Shown piece after piece: positions 47,456 through 56,277 of a DNA stretch of 64,000 nt. The DNA is taken from contig CAXRHT010000001.1 of the NCBI GenBank assembly GCA_964230645.1, forward strand, positions 32,001 to 96,000, read 5' to 3'. Each line of letters starts with the position of its first letter. Positions within the stretch are counted from its first letter, which is position 1. The notes beneath the pieces were generated by a model, which saw only the letters and a list, made by a program, of their open reading frames with translations, made no database searches and had not been told where the DNA came from. Position numbers and translations under genes: made by a program. Source of the stretch: Bdellovibrionales bacterium (GTDB lineage: Bacteria; Bdellovibrionota; Bdellovibrionia; Bdellovibrionales; JAGQZY01).

Positions 47456-48553
47456 ATGAAACATCGGGGAATTTCGGGGATCATTCTAACACTTCTTACT
47501 CTATTGGTGCTCCTTTACCAGGGGTGCCAAGGAGGAAACGTGAACTCTTCAAGCACACTCACCTCTTTTAATGAGCCAGGGCCAGAGGAACTTGAACCAA
47601 TCACTGAAGAACAGCGTCAGCAATCTTTTCGAAGAGTAAGCCTCATTTTTCTAAATCAAGCTCCGACTGCTGAACAATTGCAACAGGCTTCCAGTGAAAG
47701 TGGCTATAAACAGGCCATTGAGACCCTTGTCGACTCGCCCCAATTTGTCGCAAAGATGCGGAGTTATCACCAGGAATTTTTTGATATGAGTGGGCAAGAT
47801 GGCGACATCAACATGAATGAGCCTGCAAACCTTGCCTCTTTTCTTGTGAAAGAAAATATGGACTTCCGCCAAATTCTTAGGGCGGATTATTGCGTGAACA
47901 ATAACCTTGAAAAGGGCAACTGCTCAAGTTTTAATAACGATGCTGATCTGGCTAAGCAATTTGGAGCCGGGGTAGTGACCACACAAGCTTTCCTAAAAAA
48001 ATGGGAAGGACCTTTTAACTTTCGGCGAACAAGTCATATGCTTCAAGCCTTTGCTTGCCATGACTATCCCGATGAAAGTGACCCGGGTCTTTTTCCAGAG
48101 GAAGTTTCTGAAAACGTGCAGACTTTTGCGTGCACGGACTGTAATCCCAAATGCTACTCCTGCCACCGAACAATGAACTCTAGAGCTTCTCTTTTTTACG
48201 ACTTTGACACTTCGGGAGCATTTAACACAAACCCTGCTAATAATGTAGCTACCAAAAGAGATGACGGCAGTGTTTCCACTGTGGCTGATTTGCTCAACGA
48301 AGGTGTTAAACCACGCTTTCGGCAGCAAGAAGTGGCTAACTTAAAAGAGTACGCTTTTGAGCTCACTCGTGCTCCGAAGTTTCGCAAGTGTCTTGCCAAA
48401 CGTCTGACTTTGTTAGCACTCGGCGCTCAAAGTCACGAAGGTGAGCTCCCCACATTGCTTAAAGATATTGATCAAGGATTAATCAGACACCAGTTTCAAC
48501 TCAAAAGTTTCTACAAAGAACTACTAGGAAGTGATGAATATGTTATTCAATAA
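47456..48553 (+). CDS. Lipoprotein with a DUF1549/DUF1585-like motif and CxxCH
   Basis: LYQGC. FRRVSLIFLNQAPT...YKQAIETLVDSPQF, CTDCNPKCYSCHRTMN and PKFRKCLAKR. Confidence 0.75.
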   Translation: MKHRGISGIILTLLTLLVLLYQGCQGGNVNSSSTLTSFNEPGPEELEPITEEQRQQSFRRVSLIFLNQAPTAEQLQQASSESGYKQAIETLVDSPQFVAKMRSYHQEFFDMSGQDGDINMNEPANLASFLVKENMDFRQILRADYCVNNNLEKGNCSSFNNDADLAKQFGAGVVTTQAFLKKWEGPFNFRRTSHMLQAFACHDYPDESDPGLFPEEVSENVQTFACTDCNPKCYSCHRTMNSRASLFYDFDTSGAFNTNPANNVATKRDDGSVSTVADLLNEGVKPRFRQQEVANLKEYAFELTRAPKFRKCLAKRLTLLALGAQSHEGELPTLLKDIDQGLIRHQFQLKSFYKELLGSDEYVIQ

Positions 48554-49196
48554 AAATTTCTTAACTTTGCTTTCAGTGATCACAATTTTGGCTTTTATGA
48601 ATTGCGCGCCTCTTGTAAGTACTCGCTACGATAGCGAACTGCTCCTTAGCTCTGCCGCTCAAGAGGTGGGACCTGATGGAGTTTTATTTTCAGCTCTTCC
48701 TCTGGGTCAACTTTCTATCGATCGGGAACTTCCTTTTTTCGCCGATGAGGTTTTCTTCACCGAGCCTGTTAAACAGGTGATCTGGGATCACAATCTCAAT
48801 GGTACGGCTTTCTGTGAGCAAAGTAGTGGTGAGACACCTTGGAGTGTTAAAATTCAATGCAGTGAACCAGGCACACTAAATTTATTTTTTATTGTCGAGT
48901 ACGAATCGGGAGTGGATGAGAGTTTCTTGGCCTCTGTAGACGTGCTTGCTGAACCCACTGACGAGCCCATTGACGAACCGGTAGAGCCCGTTGAGCCTAC
49001 ACCCCTTAATGGCGAGATGCTCTATTCGACAAGTTGTGCGGGTTGCCACGGTAGTGGTGCCAATTCCACCAAAAAAGGACGCTCCGCCGGTCAGATTCAA
49101 AATGCTATTACCAACAACGTGGGCGGAATGGGAATTCTTTCCACATTGTCGGCTGAAGAGGTTGAAGCGATCGCAGATTACCTGGATGCGCTTTAA
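48540..49196 (+). CDS. Lipoprotein with an Ig/PKD-like segment and a C-terminal class I cytochrome c
   Basis: AFMNC, Pro/Glu linker, GEMLYSTSCAGCHG...GGMG..LSAEEVEAIADYL. Start may be 48531, 48534 or 48540. Confidence 0.8.
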   Translation: MLFNKNFLTLLSVITILAFMNCAPLVSTRYDSELLLSSAAQEVGPDGVLFSALPLGQLSIDRELPFFADEVFFTEPVKQVIWDHNLNGTAFCEQSSGETPWSVKIQCSEPGTLNLFFIVEYESGVDESFLASVDVLAEPTDEPIDEPVEPVEPTPLNGEMLYSTSCAGCHGSGANSTKKGRSAGQIQNAITNNVGGMGILSTLSAEEVEAIADYLDAL

Positions 49197-49209
49197 AGAA
49201 ATGAGATTT

Positions 49210-49431
49210 TTATCTACCTAGACGGTTTCGGCAAGAGACCTCGGGTCTTTCGCGCAAACAAGCTTGATAGAGTGAATTTGAATCGGTTGAACGATGGTTC
49301 ATGGCGCGTGGCTCTTCGTAAGGTCTTCCTGCACGGTTGTAACTGGCCGGCCTTCTGTCGTTGCTGCTGGCACATCCCATGAGACTCATAAGACCGATCA
49401 AGCAGATTGAATTAAGAATTCCTTTTCTCAT
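49210..49431 (-). CDS. Small lipoprotein
   Basis: RBS CAGGAG, lipobox LMGC, 73 aa. Confidence 0.7.
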   Translation of the reverse strand: MRKGILNSICLIGLMSLMGCASSNDRRPASYNRAGRPYEEPRAMNHRSTDSNSLYQACLRERPEVSCRNRLGR

Positions 49432-49556
49432 TGTATTCTCCTGGTTAGTTCCTTCTTATCGGCGCTTTTAGCAAAGCATTTAACTGGATCTTAATCTGAA
49501 ACAGAGCCTAAGAGATTACAAAATATTACCTTTGATTAATCCGATATGACTTAGGG

Positions 49557-51329
49557 CTAGTCTCCTTTTCGTTCTAAAATTGCAAAATCCTGGTTGCTCC
49601 AAACAATACGGTAGCCATTTTTTTGCGCCCAATTATCTACAAATAAAACAGACTCCTGAGAGATTTGTGAGTGAGGAGGGATAATTTGTCCATTCCCCCA
49701 ATAATAGGACTGAGTATTGGTAATAGCTCGGAATAGAAAGCGTGGGAGTTTTTCCCCTTTTTTCTGACGAAAATAAAAAGCCATGGCTTTGACCCCTTGA
49801 ATGGTCGGCCATGGGTTTTCCAGATAACTTTTAGTGCCCGTGAGGTAGTAAAATAGAGGAACACTATTATAGGCCAAGGTGACGTCGCCGGGTTGAACGT
49901 ATTTTTGCGACTCTTTTAAGAATTCCCCAAAGCTTTTCACTCTTTGCTGGGAACTTTTTACTCCCTCTAGACTCTCCACATTGAATTCAGTATTGAGCTT
50001 TTCCCAATGAGGAATATCGCGGTAGGGACTTGAGGGAACCACCCAAAAACTCAACAAAACAAGAGGCATTAGAGATATAAAAAAACAAACGATGAGGCCA
50101 TTTCTACTTGGTGATTCTTTTTCATAATCTTGAAATATTTGTTTGAGCAAAACCACTTGAGCAGGAAGAGTAAACCACTGCCCCAGATGAATATTTAAAA
50201 AACCCACTCCCGATCCTGCAATACTAAAAAGACTCACTGTTATAAAAATCCACTGAATGTAGAAAATTTCAAGATAGGGAATCTCTTCGCCTCTTATTCT
50301 TTTAAGCACAACCGCTATTGTGGTGAAAATAGCTGTGAAGATAGAAAAGCTTCCAATGGCAGCACGGAGGTTATTTAAATTTCCATCAAAGATAAAAAAG
50401 CCCATCAAGGTTAAGACGACAAGAACGGCCATAGCATAAAAGGTCTTTTGTTTTCTTTGCTCAAAAAATCGAAAGCCCCAAAAACTGAGGCAAAGAAATG
50501 CCAGATAACCCAGCGCCCATGACCAGCGCCAAAACAGATGTTTGACATAAAGGTTTAATAAAAACTTTAACCCATGCTCTTGTTGAACGGGCACATCTTC
50601 TACCAATCCAAACATGACTTTCAAGCTATGAACATAATTGTCCCACAGCCCACTTAAGGCGGTAAGAATTAGAAAAAAAGCCATCCCTACTAGAGTCGCC
50701 CCCCAAAGAGAGACGAGTCTTTTAAAGCCCCGTGACTTTTTTAAAAGTAAGAGATCAAAAATAACTGGAACTAACGGGAAAATAAAAAAAGCAAATAGAG
50801 ATGGGAAGCGACTACCGAAAGTCATTCCAGCCAAAAGAGCATAACAAAAAAGCCACTGCCATTGGGGCTTATCTCGGTAAGTCAAAAAACAAAGTCCACC
50901 AAGACTTAGAAAAAAAGCACCAAGATTGGTGTAATAAAGAATTTCTAGGCGTCCACCCACAAGAATGAGCCCAACAAGTAAGGTCGCAATAGTGGCTTGA
51001 TTTGTAGTGAGCCATTTTTTTAAAAAGAGCTTAACAAAATAGGAAAAACCAACAACAAGAAAACACCAACCAAGCCCTGCCCCTAAAAGCCCCAAGGGGG
51101 AAACGAGACTAAGCCATAGTCCCCCTAAAAAGTCAGAGAACCAAAGGGCGGTGGATTGAGACTCTCCAAGAAGAGTCAATTGCTGTTGATAGAGATTAAA
51201 ACCCGAATCGGTAACATCGAGACCCCGTCTTGCTAGTAAGAAACTATAGAGGAAAAGAATTAGGTAGCACAGGCCTGAAAGAAGTCCTGAGGGAAGTGAC
51301 CTTAATTTAGTTAGAGTTTTTTCTGACAT
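49557..51329 (-). CDS. Polytopic membrane protein, GT-C (ArnT/PMT-like) glycosyltransferase suspected
   Basis: About 13 TM segments, RGLDVTDSG in the first loop, GSRFP, soluble C-terminal domain. ATG 51329 follows AAGGA. Confidence 0.6.
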   Translation of the reverse strand: MSEKTLTKLRSLPSGLLSGLCYLILFLYSFLLARRGLDVTDSGFNLYQQQLTLLGESQSTALWFSDFLGGLWLSLVSPLGLLGAGLGWCFLVVGFSYFVKLFLKKWLTTNQATIATLLVGLILVGGRLEILYYTNLGAFFLSLGGLCFLTYRDKPQWQWLFCYALLAGMTFGSRFPSLFAFFIFPLVPVIFDLLLLKKSRGFKRLVSLWGATLVGMAFFLILTALSGLWDNYVHSLKVMFGLVEDVPVQQEHGLKFLLNLYVKHLFWRWSWALGYLAFLCLSFWGFRFFEQRKQKTFYAMAVLVVLTLMGFFIFDGNLNNLRAAIGSFSIFTAIFTTIAVVLKRIRGEEIPYLEIFYIQWIFITVSLFSIAGSGVGFLNIHLGQWFTLPAQVVLLKQIFQDYEKESPSRNGLIVCFFISLMPLVLLSFWVVPSSPYRDIPHWEKLNTEFNVESLEGVKSSQQRVKSFGEFLKESQKYVQPGDVTLAYNSVPLFYYLTGTKSYLENPWPTIQGVKAMAFYFRQKKGEKLPRFLFRAITNTQSYYWGNGQIIPPHSQISQESVLFVDNWAQKNGYRIVWSNQDFAILERKGD

Positions 51330-51586
51330 TCCTTGTAGGCGATTTTTTTCTCTTTGTAGCAATTCTTTCGATCACCATCACACTGATATCGCCATCCCCG
51401 CTTTATCTTACACTGCTCAAGAGAAGATTGGGATGGAACATTGGCAATTTTACGACCAGTCTCTTTGGGAAACTCGATCTTAGCTTCCACTTTCTTAGTC
51501 CTTGGTCCTGCAAACAGAGCGGGTACACTCAAACAGGCAAAAGCCAAACAAAATTGCAAAAAACTCATTCCAAAAGATTTGTTCAT
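51311..51586 (-). CDS. Hypothetical small exported protein
   Basis: 91 aa, signal-like N-terminus, four Cys in the mature part, directly downstream of psd. Confidence 0.55.
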   Translation of the reverse strand: MNKSFGMSFLQFCLAFACLSVPALFAGPRTKKVEAKIEFPKETGRKIANVPSQSSLEQCKIKRGWRYQCDGDRKNCYKEKKIAYKECQKKL

Positions 51587-51589
51587 GCT

Positions 51590-52474
51590 TTAGGCATCGG
51601 AAGGTTCTGGCTTTTTCTTTACAGCCATCTTCTTCATCAGCTTTTGACCCATTCTCACTTTTTTACGTTTTTGATGAATAAGACCCCAGCTTTCTTCAAA
51701 CAACAAGACCACGGTGCTGCCCAAATGAAAGGTGCCGAACTCTTCCCCCACTTGCAAAGGACGCCCCTCATTGTAGGACCGATGAACCACCTCTCTTTTT
51801 TTCAAAAGATTGGTTTTGATATTGGGATCAAAGCGAAAGGACATAGAGCCCACATTGGTGGCCCCCACCATGACCATAATCACCTTGCCTCTCTCGCATT
51901 CAATGCCTGTCACCACTCGTTCGTTAAGGGAGTAAAGGTTTTTGATATTTTTGACACTCCAATGATTCACTGGCCAGAGTTCTCCGGGCACGACAGTGGA
52001 CCATTTGATTTGGCCTGTCACCGGTGAATGCACGCGGTGGTAATTATGGGGAGCCAAATAAAAGGTAAAAAAAGAACCCGTCTTAAAATCATCATCCCAA
52101 GGATTGTCCGGCACAAATTCATCAACACTGTAGGACTTTCCTTTGGCTTGAATAAGGAGTTCCGAGTGAATTTTCCCGGACTCAATCAAGAGCCCATCAC
52201 AGGGATTCACTAAGTCAGCCTCAATGGGCCTAGCCTCTGGTTTGAGTTTACGAGAGAAAAACTCACCCAAACTTTCGTAATCCTCAATAGGCTTTTCGAT
52301 TTCAGAGAGATCGATCTCATAATAGCGAGCAAACTTTTTTATCAGTTTTCTATTGAGACTCTTAGGGATTTTTAAGTGGGCCATTCTCCCTAAATAATGG
52401 CTCATCCATTTTTTAGGGAGCTGGGGCATAATTTGATCGTAAAGCCAATCGTTCACAGCTGGAGACATGATCAC
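51590..52474 (-). CDS. psd: Phosphatidylserine decarboxylase proenzyme
   Basis: FFSRKLKPEARP, PCDG, YLAPHNYHRVHSP, NERV, VGATNVGS and FHLGSTV (LGST self-cleavage site). Confidence 0.95.
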   Translation of the reverse strand: MIMSPAVNDWLYDQIMPQLPKKWMSHYLGRMAHLKIPKSLNRKLIKKFARYYEIDLSEIEKPIEDYESLGEFFSRKLKPEARPIEADLVNPCDGLLIESGKIHSELLIQAKGKSYSVDEFVPDNPWDDDFKTGSFFTFYLAPHNYHRVHSPVTGQIKWSTVVPGELWPVNHWSVKNIKNLYSLNERVVTGIECERGKVIMVMVGATNVGSMSFRFDPNIKTNLLKKREVVHRSYNEGRPLQVGEEFGTFHLGSTVVLLFEESWGLIHQKRKKVRMGQKLMKKMAVKKKPEPSDA

Positions 52475-52548
52475 ACCATTCCTTGAAAAAAACTCTTAGG
52501 CAAGCGTTAGCCTATATTTTTTCTAGGAAATGAGCTAGTGTAAATCCT

Positions 52549-54102
52549 ATGGCAAAGCACATCAATAACCTGAAAGTGGCTCTCAATGAAGATTTAGAGG
52601 AAAAGCTCCGTCTCTTAGAGCCCGACTTTGGCCATTACAGAATCCTAAAAAAATCCGTCGACGCCCGCACCAAACAAAAACTCCACTGGGTTTATAGCGT
52701 TGAAGTTTTTGATAAGGGGGAGGACCCAGAGCCTCTTTTTGAAATGCCTGAACCAATTTCCACCTCAGAAAGACCTCTTATTGTGGGCACGGGCCCTGCG
52801 GGCCTTTTTGCCGCCATTCGCTTGGCTGAAAGAGGGATCGCCTGTGACCTTTTCGAGAGAGGTTCGGTGTGTGAAAAAAGAATTCTCGCCATTAATAAGT
52901 ACTGGCGCTACGGAAAACTCGACGAAGAAGACAATGTTTGCTTTGGCGAAGGAGGAGCGGGTCTTTATTCTGATGGTAAATTAATCACTCGAATCAAGTC
53001 CCCCTTCATTCCCTACGTGATGAAACGAATGGTGGATTTTGGGGCCCCTCCCGAGGTGGAGTACCTGGCTAACCCCCATATTGGGTCCAATAAAATTCGT
53101 CGTCTCATCCCAAAGATGAGAGAGTATCTCTTACAAAGAGGCTGCAAAATTCACTTTAATACCAAAGTGACTGACTTTCTTTTTGAAAACAAACAAATTA
53201 CAGGGATCAAAACAGATAAGGGCGAAAGCTTTCACTCTCCGTTCGTGGTTCTCGCCACAGGGCACTCAGCCGAAGACATCTTTTATAAACTGCAAGAACA
53301 CAAAGTGGAGATGGAAGGAAAATCTTTTGCCATTGGCCTTCGGGTCGAGCATCCACAGGACTGGGTGAATCGCACACAGTATCGGGAGTACTCGGATCAT
53401 CCGGAGCTTGGAGCCGCAAACTATAAGCTCACCTACCACAACAAACGAGAAAACATTGGAGTCTACTCTTTTTGCATGTGTCCAGGGGGCTATGTGCTTT
53501 CAAGTGGTACAGAAAAAGATGGAGTGGTCTCCAATGGAATGAGTAACTTTAATCGCAACTCCCCTTACGCCAATGCCGCCATTGTGGTTTCTATTGATCA
53601 CGACAAACATTTTAAAGGAGATCTTTTCGGAGGCCTTAAATTTCGCCGCGACTTGGAAAGAAAATCTTTTGAAGAGGTACAAAAAAAAGAAGGAGGACAT
53701 AAACTTCCTGCCCAAAATATGATTGATTTTTTAACCAACCAGAACCATCGAAAAGAGCTTAAAGGTTCTTCGCCTTCCGGCCTGCAACCTGTAAGACTCG
53801 ATCAACTTTTTCCTGACAATATCTACCTCCATTTGGTGGAAGCTTTTGAGAGGTTTCAAAAAAAGATGGATGGATTTATTGATTCCAAAGCCAACCTCTA
53901 CGGAGTTGAAACCCGAACCTCCTGTCCTGTTCGTGTGTGTCGAGATCGGGACAGTTTAGAGTCTACCAGTCACAAAGGGCTTTACCCTTGTGGCGAGGGG
54001 GCGGGGTTTGCTGGTGGAATTACTTCAGCGGCTTGCGATGGAGTGCGGGTGGCCGACTCGATTGCTGAGTCTTTAAGCTCCTCAAAAGCTCAGGTCCAAT
54101 GA
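52549..54102 (+). CDS. NAD(P)/FAD-dependent oxidoreductase (uncharacterised FAD-dependent dehydrogenase family)
   Basis: IVGTGPAGLFAA, FGEGGAGLYSDGKL, LATGHSA, SFCMCPGG, GVETRTS and GEGAGFAGGITSAACDG. Confidence 0.9.
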   Translation: MAKHINNLKVALNEDLEEKLRLLEPDFGHYRILKKSVDARTKQKLHWVYSVEVFDKGEDPEPLFEMPEPISTSERPLIVGTGPAGLFAAIRLAERGIACDLFERGSVCEKRILAINKYWRYGKLDEEDNVCFGEGGAGLYSDGKLITRIKSPFIPYVMKRMVDFGAPPEVEYLANPHIGSNKIRRLIPKMREYLLQRGCKIHFNTKVTDFLFENKQITGIKTDKGESFHSPFVVLATGHSAEDIFYKLQEHKVEMEGKSFAIGLRVEHPQDWVNRTQYREYSDHPELGAANYKLTYHNKRENIGVYSFCMCPGGYVLSSGTEKDGVVSNGMSNFNRNSPYANAAIVVSIDHDKHFKGDLFGGLKFRRDLERKSFEEVQKKEGGHKLPAQNMIDFLTNQNHRKELKGSSPSGLQPVRLDQLFPDNIYLHLVEAFERFQKKMDGFIDSKANLYGVETRTSCPVRVCRDRDSLESTSHKGLYPCGEGAGFAGGITSAACDGVRVADSIAESLSSSKAQVQ

Positions 54103-54200
54103 TTTCTTTTATGTGTTAAAACGGCCTCAACATAAGCATTGACCCCTTCGGCGCTGGTGACTAGACTTTTGGATGTAATATCAATTTCTAAGGGGGATTC

Positions 54201-55121
54201 ATGTTAAAAAAGATAAGCTTGGTTTTATGCTTGCTCCTTCCCGCCGCTCAGGTTTTTGGGGAAGACATTTCACTAACCATCGAAGAGTATGATGTGATTC
54301 GCAAGAAAGCATCCATTCTTGTTTTAGATCAAAGCCAGGTGCCTCTTGGAACAGTGATCCGCGTTCATAGTAAAACCGGAACATGTGAAGTGAAAATCAC
54401 AGAAAAAGTCAGTGATCATCTTATTGGCTCCACCAGAGGGTGCACCGAGTCAACCCTCACTCCCGGCATGAAGCTTGCCTACACCCCCACTCAAACTTGG
54501 GAAGCTCCCACAACCTACAGAGAGCCTGCCAGCACGACTTCCATGGACTACAGAGGAGACGACGCCCTGGATGAAATCTTAGATCGCACCACTTTTTATA
54601 TTGGTCACAATTTCGCCAGCGAGCTGGAAGGAAATGTGGGCACAAGCTCCAACGCCGCTATCTCTGATCTTGAAGGAGACACCGCTCTCTCTCTTGGTAT
54701 CAAGGGGCGCATTTATGATTTTACGGATCGTTTCTCTTTTGCCGCAGAACTTGGTTACGAGTCCCCTCGGACAATGGATCAGGCCGTTTACACAACTAAT
54801 GCTGGCACCAACGAGCAAGGCACTGTGGGCTTTTCCCCGCGTCTCGTATTATGGCATGTGGCAGCCCTTGGACAATTTGCCGTGATGGAAAAAATGAACG
54901 CTTTTGGTGGAATCAATATCGCACTTCCTAGTGTTGAAAACGCTCCTTTTAGCCTTTCTGGAAATTTAGGTTTTCAAGGCGGAGCCAACTACCGCATCAT
55001 TCCCAATGTGGCCATCGAAGGCCTTGTTAAGATCATCAATATGGATCTTCGCAACAACCTGGGGCAAGAAAACAATGTTAGCCTCTCAGGGGTTGAGCTC
55101 AGAGGACGTTACTTCTTCTAA
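54201..55121 (+). CDS. Outer-membrane beta-barrel protein with an N-terminal beta domain
   Basis: Signal peptide; strands LSLGIKGRIY, FAAELGYE and GFQGGANY; C-terminus ELRGRYFF. Confidence 0.75.
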   Translation: MLKKISLVLCLLLPAAQVFGEDISLTIEEYDVIRKKASILVLDQSQVPLGTVIRVHSKTGTCEVKITEKVSDHLIGSTRGCTESTLTPGMKLAYTPTQTWEAPTTYREPASTTSMDYRGDDALDEILDRTTFYIGHNFASELEGNVGTSSNAAISDLEGDTALSLGIKGRIYDFTDRFSFAAELGYESPRTMDQAVYTTNAGTNEQGTVGFSPRLVLWHVAALGQFAVMEKMNAFGGINIALPSVENAPFSLSGNLGFQGGANYRIIPNVAIEGLVKIINMDLRNNLGQENNVSLSGVELRGRYFF

Positions 55122-55151
55122 GACTTTTCAGAAATCAGTTTAAACTTCAAT

Positions 55152-55189
55152 AAGACCAGAGCCGCAAATCTCACTCTGGTCTTTTTTTT
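55152..55189 (+). terminator. Intrinsic terminator
   Basis: AAGACCAGAG...CTCTGGTCTT followed by a T-run. Confidence 0.7.
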
Positions 55190-55293
55190 ATGAAGCAACA
55201 ATCCCCACAAATCACCACATAATCGTCAGTCCCTCTTAATTCCAAAAACTTTTGGGAGCCTTTAAAGTGAAGCAGAAACTTTAGGAGGTTTTA

Positions 55294-55812
55294 ATGACAT
55301 ATTTAAAAACATCACTCATAGCCGCTTTGGCTTTATTTATTTTTTCAGAACCCACCCTTGCAAACACACCCGATGACAAAGATCGCCTGACGGGTATTAT
55401 GCAATGCCAGCTTAAAGCCGACCGAGACATGGTATTAGAGTATAGCGCCTACCGTGGCTCAGGACGACTGGTGGCCAAAAAAGGGGGCGAAAAAGTGATG
55501 ACAAGAGATATATTTCTTCTTGAGGGTCAACGCTGCTCTGCCTATTCCGGAACTTGTCACACGGTTATCAATGCGCCCTTGCGTGTAGGAAATGAGCTTC
55601 AGTTTTTCGTCAAGCAAACCGGAGAAGTCTACAACTTCCCAGACATCTTTAATCTCACCGTTAATGAAGAAACCATTGAAGTGCAAGACACTGAAGAGTT
55701 TGACTCCTCCCTTCACTTGGCAGTGGGTTATGAAGGCGCACCCGCTCCTCTTAACGAGCGTGGAAAGCTCGATATGATTTGTGAAGGAACTCTCTACCGC
55801 GCTAACAAATAA
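55294..55812 (+). CDS. Hypothetical exported protein
   Basis: RBS AGGAGG, signal peptide ending PTLA, four Cys. Confidence 0.75.
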   Translation: MTYLKTSLIAALALFIFSEPTLANTPDDKDRLTGIMQCQLKADRDMVLEYSAYRGSGRLVAKKGGEKVMTRDIFLLEGQRCSAYSGTCHTVINAPLRVGNELQFFVKQTGEVYNFPDIFNLTVNEETIEVQDTEEFDSSLHLAVGYEGAPAPLNERGKLDMICEGTLYRANK

Positions 55813-55822
55813 GTGAGTTTCT

Positions 55823-55890
55823 AAGTCTAAAGGTTAAACTTCGAGAGATCGTTTTGCTTTTTTCACTCAAGTTTGCCTTTAGACTTTTTT
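55823..55890 (+). terminator. Long hairpin with T-tract after the gene at 55294-55812
   Basis: AAGTCTAAAGG..AAACTT.GAG pairs with CTC.AAGTTT.CCTTTAGACTT, followed by TTTT. Confidence 0.5.
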
Positions 55891-55900
55891 CCAAAGCGCC

Positions 55901-56263
55901 TGTCATTCTGAGGGCTCTGTCATTCTGAGCGATCTGTCATTCTGAGCGAAGCGAAGAATCTATCGCCACTGAATTCACGTTATCAATCAAAGCTCTCGGC
56001 AGTAGGTCCTTCGCTACGCTCAGGACGACAATTTGGAGTTATGGCAATTCTCTCCAATTATTATTCTGAGGGTTCTGTCATTCTGAGTGCTTTGTCATTC
56101 TGAGCGGAGCGAAGAATCTATCACCACTGAGTTTGCGTTTTTAACTGTAGTCCTCGGTAAAAGATTCTTCGCTACGCTCAGAATGACAGATCGCTCAGAA
56201 TGACAAAGCACTCAGAATGACAACGGGCTCAGAATAACAATGGGCTCAGAATAACAATGGGCT
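55901..56263. repeat. Large REP-like cluster: two palindromic elements flanked by 17-bp tandem arrays
   Basis: (TGTCATTCTGAG-N5)x3 CGAAGCGAAGAATCT..~40 bp..AG(G/A)T(C/T)CTTCGCTACGCTCAG(G/A)A(C/T)GACA, occurring twice, then about five (CTCAGAATGACA-N5) units. Confidence 0.92.
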
Positions 56264-56277
56264 AAAATTTCTAAATT

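Noticed and set aside
55901..56263. CRISPR array
   Set aside because: The units are 12-bp cores with 5-nt linkers in both orientations, there are no unique 30-40-bp spacers in a regular series and no cas genes. This fits REP-like repeats.
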